Assembly (NCBI GenBank): GCA_951406725.2
Contig: OX597825.1
Span: 70,432,001 to 70,496,000 of the forward strand
Source: Octopus vulgaris
Lineage: Eukaryota
Reading direction: 5' to 3'
DNA: 64,000 bases
Under the pieces are notes generated by a model. It ran no database searches, was not told where the DNA came from, and worked only from the letters and a program-made list of their open reading frames with translations. This document shows positions 63,427 to 64,000 of this stretch, piece by piece. A program made the translations under genes and the position numbers. How positions within the stretch are numbered: the stretch's first letter is position 1; the number at the start of each line of letters is the position of its first letter.

Positions 63427-64000
63427 TAAATCTATAAATTCATAACAGTATCAATGCAGGAATGGTCGTGTGGTTATGAAGTTTGCTTTGCAACCATGTG
63501 ATTTCAGGTTCAGTCCCACTGCATGGCAGTGCTGAAGTACAGTATTGGTTGCACACGCTGTGCTTTCTAGCACACAAGGCAAATTTTTCAAACCAAAATT
63601 TACGGCCAAAAAATATAGGTTGACTTATACACAAAAACAACTTTGGAGAACCGAAAAATTTCATGTGAAATACAACAGGATTTGGAAAGACAGGAATGAT
63701 GTCTGAATATTTAAAACTACATGTTTATACTATATACTAAATCAACTTGTATGATGGGGAAAAAAAAACAAAAAAAAAACGATAGCAACACTGTTTGGCT
63801 CATGGAGAGATCTGTAAAATTTGTAGCTCATGTAATTAAGCGTTCTTTAATTACTACACTTGCTGTATGAATGCAATGTGCTAACGATTTGAATGAGAAG
63901 CAGGAACAGAAGAGGGTGCGAGAAAGTTTTTCAAAATATTAAGTTACCCATCTCCTACTATCTATTTCTTCTGGAGGCACTTGGCCTAGTGGTTAGAGCA

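Overview
AT-rich, microsatellite-saturated metazoan genomic DNA. The SINE families and the density of (TA)n/(CA)n/(GATA)n tracts suggest an octopus or other coleoid cephalopod, but this is an inference. Two convergent protein-coding genes are partly visible. On +, a large terminal exon (29043-31090) encodes TM4-TM7 of a class A GPCR with a ~530-aa third intracellular loop; I could not find its upstream exons. On -, four phase-compatible exons (63134->53523), which the ORF track does not assemble, encode the C-terminal tail of a myosin IX (MYO9A-like) protein. The rest is intronic or intergenic: dozens of tRNA-derived SINEs from at least three families, a decayed mariner transposase, several MITEs, non-autonomous Helitrons, RTE- and Dong/R4-type LINE remnants, a Penelope-like element with inverted termini and a 5'-truncated U6 snRNA copy. 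The most notable signals are (i) about ten minimal hammerhead-ribozyme-like motifs in short, often palindromic islands set in or beside microsatellites, (ii) a U6-SINE chimera, (iii) a SINE flanked by a ~183-bp duplication, (iv) a capping-protein-interaction-like motif in the myosin IX tail, and (v) a duplicated motif in the giant GPCR loop. Nearly all ORFs in the supplied track are microsatellite or SINE artefacts. Coordinates were counted by eye and repeat boundaries are approximate.
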